Positions 21,301 to 28,583 are shown, numbered from the whole stretch's first letter. The stretch: DNA of 63,985 nucleotides, filler included, from an uncultured bacterium (GCA_964543115.1; 9 parts of 9 records of this genome joined end to end with filler, not necessarily neighbours in it), one strand, 5' to 3'. Notes: generated by a model from the sequence alone, not told the origin. Translations and numbers: made by a program.

Positions 21301-21907
21301 TTTTATTGATAGCCGAGGAATGTCACCGGAAGAGGAGGGTAGATTAATAAGGGATTTGAGCACAATGATTACACAATCAGAACAGCCAAGCTGGAGTGGA
21401 CAGATTGATCGATTGGTAGAGAGATTTGAGGCTCCTGATCAGCCGGGAGATGGCTTTGATTTTGTCGTTGATGTAAGTGATCTCGGCAAACGTTCTTCGG
21501 CAATGCCGAGCAGGAGGATTCAGCGCAATGAGGAAATAGATTTGTTAATTACTGAAATAGAGGATTTAACCAGGTCATTTACTGCAAGTGAACGTATGCT
21601 GTTGGTGAGGCAGATTGAGGCCCTGGTTCAGCAGGTTGCTGCCGGCCGGGTGATTTCCGAGTCCGATCTAATTGGGCAGGCGGGAATATTGTTAAATCCT
21701 GAATTGGCACTTGAAACGAGATGGGAGGTTGCCGGGAAGATCGCCGTATTTGTGAATGGGCTTCCACTTACTGGCTATCAGGGTAAGAAAGGATTGATTG
21801 TTGCTGCCATTGTAAAGGAAATATATCTTGTTTTAGGTGGTTTTACGGAGGATAAGGCTGAAGAAAGGTTTATCTTAAGCGAAGAGGAATTGCGCATATC
21901 TGTCTAG
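15386..21907 (+). CDS. C-terminal fragment (>2170 aa) of a giant membrane protein: VWA + 2 CPBP intramembrane protease domains + 4 repeat modules
   Basis: Open from the contig edge (GYLREVIL...). MIDAS DQSPS...TDG, and EELLFR/FVEWH/HIAVN plus EELVFR/FIKAH/HIIVN. Stop TAG at 21905-21907. Confidence 0.88.
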   Translation, partial: GYLREVILNAIRPKVISRQRRGRPNMRILMNCLAKGLSDLRFNDQTIIPTKKNVSFTIVIDQSPSMADNQRMPQSLGYNAAKGATLLAEVLESLGLDFSIRGFGTQTHMHKRFRYQEDTAKTRNLNGMTVPQSYSSLEEKERIVNDLYTSIGMGKGGGTDEIAALEAALAEAGQYGNENHYIIVFTDGFGNKEALQKMLAELRDNNGIVGGRVKTEVIGVGLGQGTEAVPEVYGGEYSIQLDGDRLPLLPLCLKRMLEKIIRGVYLGTTETEEESMLQGAGLYGRTTGESKFYAALIPGLQKKFGWFGKTLLYEIIVGPIVEELLFRIMPFFLLVPLVSFLPSYLVGTAIIALGVILGLKFVEWHKPGERWPPIVVWLGSLVLIALPFLSSFGYAVVFWVIALHIAVNIYQKITGGSLSIYGGDDDEIPDIEDRTYEEVEEESRVRYRGEEWYVMEKGMDGEVLLENDYGDEVTVRLEFVDDRRPLDQSGGFGDITGKRVQAPTPNLFEEILADMSDGDRPANNYNSLSVDDFTRQLVRGVDMHLARTKMTEGEGSEAVAAVKDILSLLSGLGVVKKENYWKIVFMFHGIVKNIFCLTSLRELLQAIEAGEIERKFVKLNVFGWLDELSEHGRDRGYGYVAYRLLAKAGLIDFAGDPRFAEIDQKIEKHLIKGTELVVWLNVLPDGLQELFLRELLERSNEGLINELFALLEVVKEQGVILDADSALVRNLNTMITQSPRKKWLGQINQLAKRIKKPDPDAEDFDFAVDDRQDADSVKMPEINMVGDVRGRSLTVIGDDAESGEDDEGGVYNILERTYEEVEEEDTVWYRGEQWYVMEKGSDGEVLLENSDGDEVTVELEFLDDRRPLDQSDRISDMSGKESEQGEEEDRVNRDLEVFDDVDIDEPQTKDDAELAEELGKRVVLYIKGSVMRGEIGEDEEGEVIDAAYDIVDFFDAFGLVTREGYREIKILLDQITTEESSVFGFRELRKLLQAISEGEIDKKYLNLNVFSRLHELNDYGYGFIAYRLLAEAGEIDIEDDPFSFEVDEAIYKHVNEVVELLICLEDMPEKLRKLFLQKILQKNDDGLQDSLAGLLQVVEEKRLVLDEHTKLAGDLNTIVTQSPRTKWVQQINRLKEKLENPDQTGEGYYLAVDDKQGADSTKAQALIPGWQDWFRKWKIGDTLFYKIFLGPLLEELVFRGIPAWLGWMLIGYLSINAAAGIVSFSLIIMAAIFIKAHRVKQYGPAFWVTVIGSLSVMLAVVTPFGFWLVGGALLGHIIVNIYQKITGGELAIIGKDDEEDVPSLADLTYAQVTVDSRVYSDGEVWTVIEKEDGRIELAEEDNPESRVTVIMASTDDQGFAYNPFDDLDDYEDYDDYDGDASADYESEIEELALHEQRQFELQDEWEYDVNRAIDINLGGYDGEIIGKIKKAAKSAIFVFSDFHPYFDGDAELDDFKELLACLPQKAGAYSEHVFKVLEQAGKTIMDDAGPPGKIPSFIRLLKRLAGKLPAEKIVLAYHMFSFCLLNKDEILFARENKISMFKLRKLILAGTDSLSPLIQNPEDYAKIEALLELFKKISEIKLFTVTQGVKFFTQVGQVKERDEIIERLTILAQELKQSSQRGESLTPGVRKKLNTMVTQSPSSAWAEQIDHLREEFKDHDPRGADFDFTVDGRQDTASAKVPEVNMVRDMQGEPPVIVDDDEIPDIEDLTYEQVEEGDEVLYWGEKYYVMEKGSDGEVLLENSDGEQVTVQLEYVDKRPPLDQSGGISDLSGKSARQSEEEDADDDGFDAFPAEDTDEPMTKNDDDLAFELSVRVDDDADKIVDLLNDLGMVTRENYRRIKEMLDEISCKAGADFGFEALEELLQAIKDGEIGKKYLKLNVFDWLHGLSENEDDHGYGFVAYRLLAKAKLIDIKGDPKSWEIEPVVSGYVDATIELLTALRMLPKHLQKLFWPKLVESGDEELENSLTALADFIDSRGMSPEEEGRLIRDLSTMITQSEQPSWSGQIDRLVERFEAPDQPGDGFDFVVDVSDLGKRSSAMPSRRIQRNEEIDLLITEIEDLTRSFTASERMLLVRQIEALVQQVAAGRVISESDLIGQAGILLNPELALETRWEVAGKIAVFVNGLPLTGYQGKKGLIVAAIVKEIYLVLGGFTEDKAEERFILSEEELRISV

Positions 21908-21920
21908 TATGTCAATAGTA

Positions 21921-21960
21921 GGCCCCCTTGCTCCCTGTTGGAGTTAGGGGGCTTTTTTTT
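21921..21960 (+). terminator. Intrinsic terminator after the giant gene
   Basis: GCCCCCT..CTCC-loop-GGAG..AGGGGGC followed by 8 T. Confidence 0.85.
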
Positions 21961-22102
21961 GATATATATGATTATTTACTTGCAATTATTTACCATTTTG
22001 ATATAGTATTACGCACTAAATAATATATATAATAGATAACTATGTCTATATATATTAATCATAATTTCTATCTTATATTATAATGAATGAAGGAGAACAT
22101 AA

Positions 22103-22663
22103 ATGAAAATTAATTGGGTTGATATTATTATTGTTATATTTCTTGTCCGGGCGTTTATTGCCGGTAAAAAACAGGGATTCAGTGTGGAATTAATTACCCT
22201 GATTACCGCTGGTTTTGCCTGGCTGGCGGCAACACATTTTTATCAGCCCATGGGGCAGTTTATTAATAAAAGGCTTTTACTTTCACTGCCGGCAGCTGAT
22301 GATTTGGCTTTTGGTGTTTTGGGGATCAGCTTGCTGTTCCTGGGAGTTTTTCTGGGGAAACGGTTAAAGAATGTGATGAAATTGAGTTTTAGCGGTAACA
22401 TTGAAACAATCGGTGGTTTGATTGCCGGAGGTATGCGGGGTTTTATTATCGCGGCGATTATTATTGTTTTTCTGGCCTTGATGCCGGCAAGCTTTGTGCA
22501 GCGGGAGGTATATTCGAATTCCTTTATCGGTAATTATCTGGTTGCCCTGACGCCGAAGGTGCATCAATGGCTCTGGCCCGGCGGGGCAGGTGCTAAATCT
22601 AGTTTTTCCACCAGGGCCTATTGGGAGCAGCTGCCGGAGAGGCCAAAAAAGGAAATATTATAA
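22103..22663 (+). CDS. cvpA: CvpA (colicin V production) family membrane protein
   Basis: NWVDIIIVIFL...GKKQGFSVEL start, a GGLIAGGMRG motif and four hydrophobic segments. Confidence 0.85.
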   Translation: MKINWVDIIIVIFLVRAFIAGKKQGFSVELITLITAGFAWLAATHFYQPMGQFINKRLLLSLPAADDLAFGVLGISLLFLGVFLGKRLKNVMKLSFSGNIETIGGLIAGGMRGFIIAAIIIVFLALMPASFVQREVYSNSFIGNYLVALTPKVHQWLWPGGAGAKSSFSTRAYWEQLPERPKKEIL

Positions 22664-22684
22664 AATCAAAGGAAAGGGGAGTTT

Positions 22685-22911
22685 ATGAAGTTAAAGAAGC
22701 TGTATGAATTGATACTTGAGTTTGGGCAGCAGAATGACCCGCGGGGAACAAAGGGAGTGGCGGCGGAGGTGGCCCGGTTAAAGAAGAGTTACAACGATCT
22801 CTCCAGTCAGGGGAAAAAGGAATTTGATCAGGAGCGGCTTTCTAATCCCTATGCCGATACCAGGGTGCTTTATGGTGATTTAACAAAAGAAATAAAGAGC
22901 ATTATGATCGG
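22685..22911 (+). CDS. NIF3/NGG1p-interacting-factor-like protein, N-terminal fragment
   Basis: MKLKKLY...NDPRG...NPYADTRVLYGD...IMIG pattern, cut by the contig end. Confidence 0.7.
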
Positions 22912-23011
22912 NNNNNNNNNNNNNNNNNNNNNNNNNNNNNNNNNNNNNNNNNNNNTTAATTAATTAANNNNNNNNNNNNNNNNNNNNNNNNNNNNNNNNN
23001 NNNNNNNNNNN

Positions 23012-24185
23012 GATACTGTTTCTGCATCTTATAAACATCGGGCTTTTCCCAGTCTTTCAGCAGTTTATGATGCTCATATTCCGACTTCTCATCTTTTTCC
23101 CAATCCAGCTTATCTATTTCTTCGTATTCTATGTCCTCTTTGGTAATCGTTTCCTCCCGCCCGGTAGTGTCTGTTACCTTCATCTCTTCGGATACTTTCT
23201 CCCCATAGGCCGTGCCGTCTTCCTCACTGCCGTAGAGGATCTTATCGTGCCAGGTATCGGTAATTAAGGTATCGGTATTCTTGTAGTTATTAAAATCAGG
23301 CGCGATCGAATTATAAACCAGCGTTTGCTGGTCACGGCCGGTAAGGTTCTCCCAATCGGCAAATTGCCGGGCCGCTTCAACGCTCAGCGTACTCTCATGA
23401 TAGTTCTTCATTTCCCCGGAGAGCATCCGTTTATTCACATCCTGATCCTGATCAGAGTAATAACCGGCGTTATCAACCGTGGTTAAGGTCCAGACCGGTT
23501 TATCATCCACTATTTTCTCCACTAATGTTTTATACTCCGTGAGCAGAGACTTGTCTTTCTGGCTCTTTTTGTCATACTTCATGCCAAAGGTGATACTGGT
23601 AGTGATCCGGCCTTTACGGTCTTTGCTCTTGGTCAGCCGCGCTATCGTATCGCCGCCCTTTAACCAGGTTACGTTTCGCAGCCCGTTTTTCGCTTTGCTG
23701 ACAATATATCTCGTACCGAGGCCGGCCCACTTTTTTACCTTCTTTGCGTATTCGTTCATGAAACGGATATCCCGCATCCGTTTTACCTGATTCTTCTCCA
23801 GCTGGCGGCTAAGATCCCGCGCCTCTTTTTCCGGAGTGCGATCGGGGATTGGTTTTCTAGTTGGCCGGCGTCGGGCACGTTCGATTTCTTTGAGTTTTCT
23901 CATTAAAAACTGTTCTTTGGCCTGCTTCTGCTTTTGTTGTTTGAGGGTACTCGCACTGGTAGGGTCCACGCTCCCTTTACCCGGCTGCTTCTGAAAGCCG
24001 TAGCGGGCCCGGGGTTTTTCGATGAGTTTGCCGCTGAGCGGATCGAAGATCTGATTTGCTTCCAGGATGGCCAAACGATTGCGGTAGGAGATTGCCCTGG
24101 CCTGCATGATGCCATCTAGGCCAGAAGCGTAAACATTACTATAAAGTAAAGTTATACTGCAGAGCGCGCACAACGTGCGCACCAT
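23012..24185 (-). CDS. N-terminal fragment of a large secreted protein (probable giant YD-like protein)
   Basis: Signal-peptide-like MVRTLCALCSITLLYSNVYA (ATG 24185; an alternative ATG is 24227), a basic low-complexity region, then acidic T/Y/E-rich strands. Open at the contig end. Confidence 0.75.
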
Positions 24186-24265
24186 TATCAAACGACACAA
24201 AGATGGTGTCTTATGCCAATAACCCATTTGCCCCCCCAATATTCGCGTCATTTGCAAGCGCAAAT

Positions 24266-24394
24266 AAAAAAGCCGAGCTGCTTAAGATTGCTTGCAAATC
24301 TTCNNNNNNNNNNTCGGCAGCTCGGCCACCCTTGGTTGTGTCGGGTCCGTATGCTTTGTGCCCCCGCCTCACGACGGGTTTACCCTTTACGAAG
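24266..24394 (-). ncRNA. c-di-GMP-I (GEMM-I) riboswitch with an overlapping intrinsic terminator
   Basis: Minus strand CTTCG-TAAAG-GGTAAA-CCCGTC-GTGA-GGCGGG-GGCACAAAGC-ATACGGACCC...GGGT-GG-CCGAGCTGCCGA aligns in register with the Vc2 aptamer. Downstream GCAGCTCGGC + T6 pairs with the aptamer 3' strand. Confidence 0.92.
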
Positions 24395-24421
24395 TCGTCA
24401 CGAATGTGCCTCTCTATAGAA

Positions 24422-24450
24422 TATATAACACGCAGTCTGGCCACTGTCAA
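24422..24450 (-). promoter_or_regulatory. Candidate sigma70 promoter for the riboswitch leader
   Basis: TTGACA-17 nt-TATATA on the minus strand; the -10 is imperfect. Confidence 0.5.
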
Positions 24451-24506
24451 CCCCTCCCCGGAAATTAATTTTTGTTGGAGTTATCAGCTGTTTACACCAT
24501 AGTACC

Positions 24507-24523
24507 AGCAATTAATATGCCAG
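24507..24523 (-). promoter_or_regulatory. Sigma54 (-24/-12) promoter pointing at the riboswitch and secreted gene
   Basis: Minus strand CTGGCAT-ATTAA-TTGCT has GG-N10-GC spacing and matches TGGCAC-N5-TTGCW at all but one base. Confidence 0.7.
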
Positions 24524-24770
24524 AGGGGGTTGAAATCCGTATCATTTTTGCGTGTAAAGGCTTACGTTGATTTTGGGGCCCTGTTTTTAGACACTGATAT
24601 GTATAGTATTAAGACATCAAAAGAGTGAAAAACTACCTGATTGTATAAGTCATTGACATTTCAAGAGATAGGCAAATATGAGATGTTTAATTAATATACA
24701 GAGGGAGGTATTAATATTAAGTTAAACTATGTTTGATATTATTCTGAATGAAATCAATATTACTTTTTTC

Positions 24771-24799
24771 TTGCATTTCGACTTAATTTATTATACAAT
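24771..24799 (+). promoter_or_regulatory. Sigma70 promoter of the MNT-HEPN pair
   Basis: TTGCAT-17 nt-TACAAT. Confidence 0.65.
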
Positions 24800-24842
24800 T
24801 GACTTATAAAAGAAGGCATAGGATTAGGATAATGAGGTAGAT

Positions 24843-25427
24843 ATGTTAGAAAAAATTTTTACATCCAAAGCGCGATTAAAATTACTGCAGATATTTTTAA
24901 GCCACAAAGAGAATAAATATTATCAACGGCAATTGGAAAGGTTACTCAATATCAATATCCGGCCCCTCCAACTTGAAATAAAAAACCTGTTAGAAATAGG
25001 CTTTCTGGAAAAAGAAAAAGACGGTAACCGTGTTTATTATTTTATCAACAGGAAGTTCCCGCTATTAGAAGAATTGGGCAAACTCATATTAAAGGGCACC
25101 TTCCTTAGAGAGAACCTTTCGCTCCTCTTATCTAATAAGAATGTTCTTCTGGCATTCATTTACGGGTCAGGCGCACAAAACGATTTGCTGGAAAAGAGCG
25201 ATATAGACCTGTTTATTATCGGCGAGGTTGAGGCATATCAATTACATGAAATAATTAAGATCCTGGAAAAGGACTTTGCGAGGACAATTAACTATATTGT
25301 TTACGACAAGAAAGACTTTCGGGATAAAATAAAGGAAAAAGCGGGATTTGTAATGGATGTTTTAAAATGCAATAAAATATATCTGAAAGGAACTGATAAT
25401 GAATTTAGAAAATTTATTGAGCAGTAA
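24843..25427 (+). CDS. wHTH + minimal nucleotidyltransferase (MNT), antitoxin-like
   Basis: N-terminal FTSKARLKLL...YYQRQL wHTH and the GS-x10-DxD motif YGSGAQNDLLEKSDIDL. Confidence 0.85.
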   Translation: MLEKIFTSKARLKLLQIFLSHKENKYYQRQLERLLNINIRPLQLEIKNLLEIGFLEKEKDGNRVYYFINRKFPLLEELGKLILKGTFLRENLSLLLSNKNVLLAFIYGSGAQNDLLEKSDIDLFIIGEVEAYQLHEIIKILEKDFARTINYIVYDKKDFRDKIKEKAGFVMDVLKCNKIYLKGTDNEFRKFIEQ

Positions 25428-25827
25428 AAAACTAGTTGCTTATAAACCAACAAAGAAGCAGCTTGAAGATCTATTTGCGCTAATCGCCAGAGATATAAAC
25501 GATGCCGGGATCCCCGCCCTTTCTACTGACCGCCAATTCATGAGCCTCTACTCAGCGGCGCTATTATTGACAACAGTTGTGTTATATATCAACGGTTATC
25601 GCACAAGAGGTGAAGCTCATCACCACAGCTCATTTGCGGCCGGCAGAATTCTGTTGCCAGAAGAAGGAGGTAGTATCGACTATTTTGACCGCTGCCGGAT
25701 GCTTCGTAACAAAACGGAATATGAACGTTCAGGAATCATATCCAAAAGCGAAGTTCAATCACTTAAGAAAAAGATTGCTATTTTTAAGGAAAAAATAGAA
25801 AAATTGGCGGCAAATCACATTAGCTAA
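25399..25827 (+). CDS. HEPN-domain protein, toxin-like
   Basis: Overlaps the MNT by 29 nt. Helical, with GEAHH and RMLRNKTEY (Rx4Y variant of the HEPN motif). Confidence 0.75.
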   Translation: MNLENLLSSKKLVAYKPTKKQLEDLFALIARDINDAGIPALSTDRQFMSLYSAALLLTTVVLYINGYRTRGEAHHHSSFAAGRILLPEEGGSIDYFDRCRMLRNKTEYERSGIISKSEVQSLKKKIAIFKEKIEKLAANHIS

Positions 25828-25864
25828 ACTAAAAATTTCGAACTCAGATAATTATCACCACAAA

Positions 25865-27502
25865 CTACCTAAGCGACTTCTTATAACCTAGCCCCAACTT
25901 TTTCAGATTAGCGGAACAATCCCATTTGTCCAGGATGACCTCAATTAAGATAAAAGACTGAGGATTTTTCTTGGCCCAGGCAAGTGTTTCTTCCAGCTGC
26001 CCTTCCGTCCTCACCTGGGTACCGTAGCCGCCAAAAATGTCCGGTAACTTGCAATACTGCCAGGGCTGCAGGTCATTAAATGCCCCGTCCACCATTACCC
26101 GCTCAATCAAATACCCGTTATTATTCATGACAAAGACGATGGGATTTAGCTTTTCTCTGATAATGGTTGATATTTCCTGGGCGGTCATCTGAAAGGCACC
26201 GTCACCAATAAAGGTAACCGGGCGTTTCTCCCCCGCCGCCAGGCTGACGCCCAGGGTTGCCGGAGTGGCAAAACCAATAGACAAATAAAATGCCTGATCA
26301 ATAAAATCTATCCCCTGGGGCAGCTGCATATTGGCCGCGGAAAAAATAGAGTCCCCGCTCCCGGCAATAACAATGTTATCGCGGTCAAGATAACGGTTCA
26401 ACCGCTGATAAAACCGCCGCAAGGTAATGGCGGCAGCCGGCCGGGGTTTAAACTCAGCTTTTAGGTCGCCGTAAGGGTAACGCAGATTGAATTTTCTTTT
26501 TCTCCGCTTGGGCAGGGCCTTTTTTAAATCATCAATAAAATCCTTCAGGCTGACATTATGGTAAACATGGTTCTTAATCCTGATATTGTTAGAATTCGCG
26601 GTGATCATTTTCACCGGATCAATGATGGTGGTCTTTGCCCCCAGCTCAATATCCGTCATCAACGCTCCCAGGCTCAGGAGTACATCGGCTTTTTCTACCA
26701 GCTTCCGGGCGCTGTCCCAGCTGGCCACACCGCCGTAAACACCGGCAAATTGCGGATGCTGCTCCCGGATAACGGATTTTCCCAGCAGTGTGGAAACAAA
26801 CGGATAGCCGGTATGATCAACTAACCGTTTGAGATTCGCGCGAATGCCCAACCGGTGGGGTTCCACCCCGGCGAGAATTACCGGCCTCTTCGCCTTTTTC
26901 AGAATGGCCGCCGCTTCCGCCACCGCCTCCGCCAGGGTTTCCTTTACACTCGGGATAGATACATCGACTTTAAACGGTCCGGGATCTTTGCAGGGACTGT
27001 CCACAATATCTATGGGAATTTCAATATATACCGGGCGCCGCTGACGCAGGCAGACACTAATCGTCTCATCAATCTGCCGCGGGGCCTGTTCCGGATTTAT
27101 CAGCACCACACTGGCCGCGGTTATCTGTTCATAGGAACGGCGCTGCAGGTCCAATTCCCCGATTGTATGATGAAGCAAATGGCGGGCAGAACGTGCTTTT
27201 GCTTTCGGGGCGCCGCTGATCACGATTACCGGCAGGCGCTCGGCAAAGGAACCGCAAACCGCGTTTAACAGGCTCAATCCGCCCACGCCGTAGGTAACAC
27301 AAACCGCCCCCACCCCATTCACCCGCGCGTAGGCATCGGCCGCATAACCGGCATTCAGTTCATTGCAATTACACACCACTTTCAGCTTGCTTTTTTCCAA
27401 TTCAGTAAAAAATCCCAGCACGTAATCGCCCGGAACACCGAAGATATGCTTTAATCCCACCTGCTCTAATCGTTTAATTAGATATTTTCCCACCGTAGTC
27501 AT
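25865..27502 (-). CDS. TPP-dependent 2-oxoacid decarboxylase (pyruvate/indolepyruvate decarboxylase family)
   Basis: GVPGD, CNELNAGYAADAYAR, LLHHT, GDGAFQMTAQE...NNNGY. RBS AAGGAGG. Confidence 0.92.
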   Translation of the reverse strand: MTTVGKYLIKRLEQVGLKHIFGVPGDYVLGFFTELEKSKLKVVCNCNELNAGYAADAYARVNGVGAVCVTYGVGGLSLLNAVCGSFAERLPVIVISGAPKAKARSARHLLHHTIGELDLQRRSYEQITAASVVLINPEQAPRQIDETISVCLRQRRPVYIEIPIDIVDSPCKDPGPFKVDVSIPSVKETLAEAVAEAAAILKKAKRPVILAGVEPHRLGIRANLKRLVDHTGYPFVSTLLGKSVIREQHPQFAGVYGGVASWDSARKLVEKADVLLSLGALMTDIELGAKTTIIDPVKMITANSNNIRIKNHVYHNVSLKDFIDDLKKALPKRRKRKFNLRYPYGDLKAEFKPRPAAAITLRRFYQRLNRYLDRDNIVIAGSGDSIFSAANMQLPQGIDFIDQAFYLSIGFATPATLGVSLAAGEKRPVTFIGDGAFQMTAQEISTIIREKLNPIVFVMNNNGYLIERVMVDGAFNDLQPWQYCKLPDIFGGYGTQVRTEGQLEETLAWAKKNPQSFILIEVILDKWDCSANLKKLGLGYKKSLR

Positions 27503-27600
27503 CTGTCGCCTCCTTGTATTAGAAGAAAATTAGCTTGGCAATCGTTTAAGCGAAGAGTATAATTATAATATAATCTTAACGAATTTGTTAGGTATTTGTT

Positions 27601-28572
27601 ATGAGTATGGTTGACACAAAAACAATTCAGAAATACATCCAGGAAGAGCATTACAACGCCCTTACCGATCTCTTTCAAAAACAGATCAACCGCTCCCTGG
27701 AAAAAGGAAATATCCAGGAAGCCTGCCTGATCACTAAACAGGGCGCTGACTGGATGAACAGGGCCGGGCAGTTCTACAAGGCGGCTTTTTTTCTTACCGA
27801 ACTTGCTAAACTCTACACTAAAAGCGATGATCCCCTTAATGCCGGCCGTTTCTTCTACCGGGCGGCGCAGGATTATGAACGGGTACAGGCCTTTACCGAG
27901 GCGGCGGAGACCTTCGAAAGAGCCGCGGAAAAATTTTATCAATTAGGCGAAGGGAAAATCGTGGAGGCGGCCAAACATTATAAACTGGCGGCGATCGCCC
28001 ATATTAAATCCCATGATTATGAACTGCCCGAACACCAGAAAGATATGACGCTTAGCGCAGAAATATTTAAAGAGGCCTACGAGAAAAAGTATCTAAAAAG
28101 ACATGACTATTTCCTTTACCTGGAAAACCTTTATTCGGACCTGCAGACCATCCTTTACCGGAACGGCTACTACAAGGAAGTGGAAGATGTTTACATCAAA
28201 ATGATGAACGCCACGAGGGATAAACTGCGCGCCGAGAAAAAAAGTTTCTTTTTGTACCTCTGGTACTCTTTCTGGAACCTTTCCAGCGGCTACGGGGAAA
28301 AACCGGGCAGGTGGTTTGGGACAATATTCTTATTTGTTATTCTTTTTGCCGCCGTCTACTGGCAGTTTGATTTGATTAAAATCGGCACGGAGGTTACACC
28401 GTCTTTTTACGACTGCATCTACTTTTCCATCAATATGTTCGCCTCACTGGGTTTCGGCACCTATGTGCTGCTCACGCCGCTGACCAAACTGGTGATCATG
28501 ATCAATGTGTTTTTCGGCTACCTGATGCTGGCCATCCTGCTAACCATTATCTCACGAAAAATTACGAGATAA
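27601..28572 (+). CDS. TPR/SNAP-like helical domain fused to a 2-TM K+-channel-like pore domain
   Basis: Repeats AAETFERAA and AAKHYKLAA, then GYGEKPGRW and CIYFSINMFASLGFGTY (variant selectivity filter). Confidence 0.75.
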   Translation: MSMVDTKTIQKYIQEEHYNALTDLFQKQINRSLEKGNIQEACLITKQGADWMNRAGQFYKAAFFLTELAKLYTKSDDPLNAGRFFYRAAQDYERVQAFTEAAETFERAAEKFYQLGEGKIVEAAKHYKLAAIAHIKSHDYELPEHQKDMTLSAEIFKEAYEKKYLKRHDYFLYLENLYSDLQTILYRNGYYKEVEDVYIKMMNATRDKLRAEKKSFFLYLWYSFWNLSSGYGEKPGRWFGTIFLFVILFAAVYWQFDLIKIGTEVTPSFYDCIYFSINMFASLGFGTYVLLTPLTKLVIMINVFFGYLMLAILLTIISRKITR

Positions 28573-28583
28573 CTGCCTGCTAT

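Noticed and set aside
7704..21907. Contigs 7704-15285 and 15386-21907 as one continuous giant gene
   Set aside because: The shared strand and adjacency come from length sorting. No shared repeat links them.
24314..24394. cGAMP-sensing GEMM-Ib assignment for either riboswitch
   Set aside because: Both have G, not A, at the position-20 equivalent.
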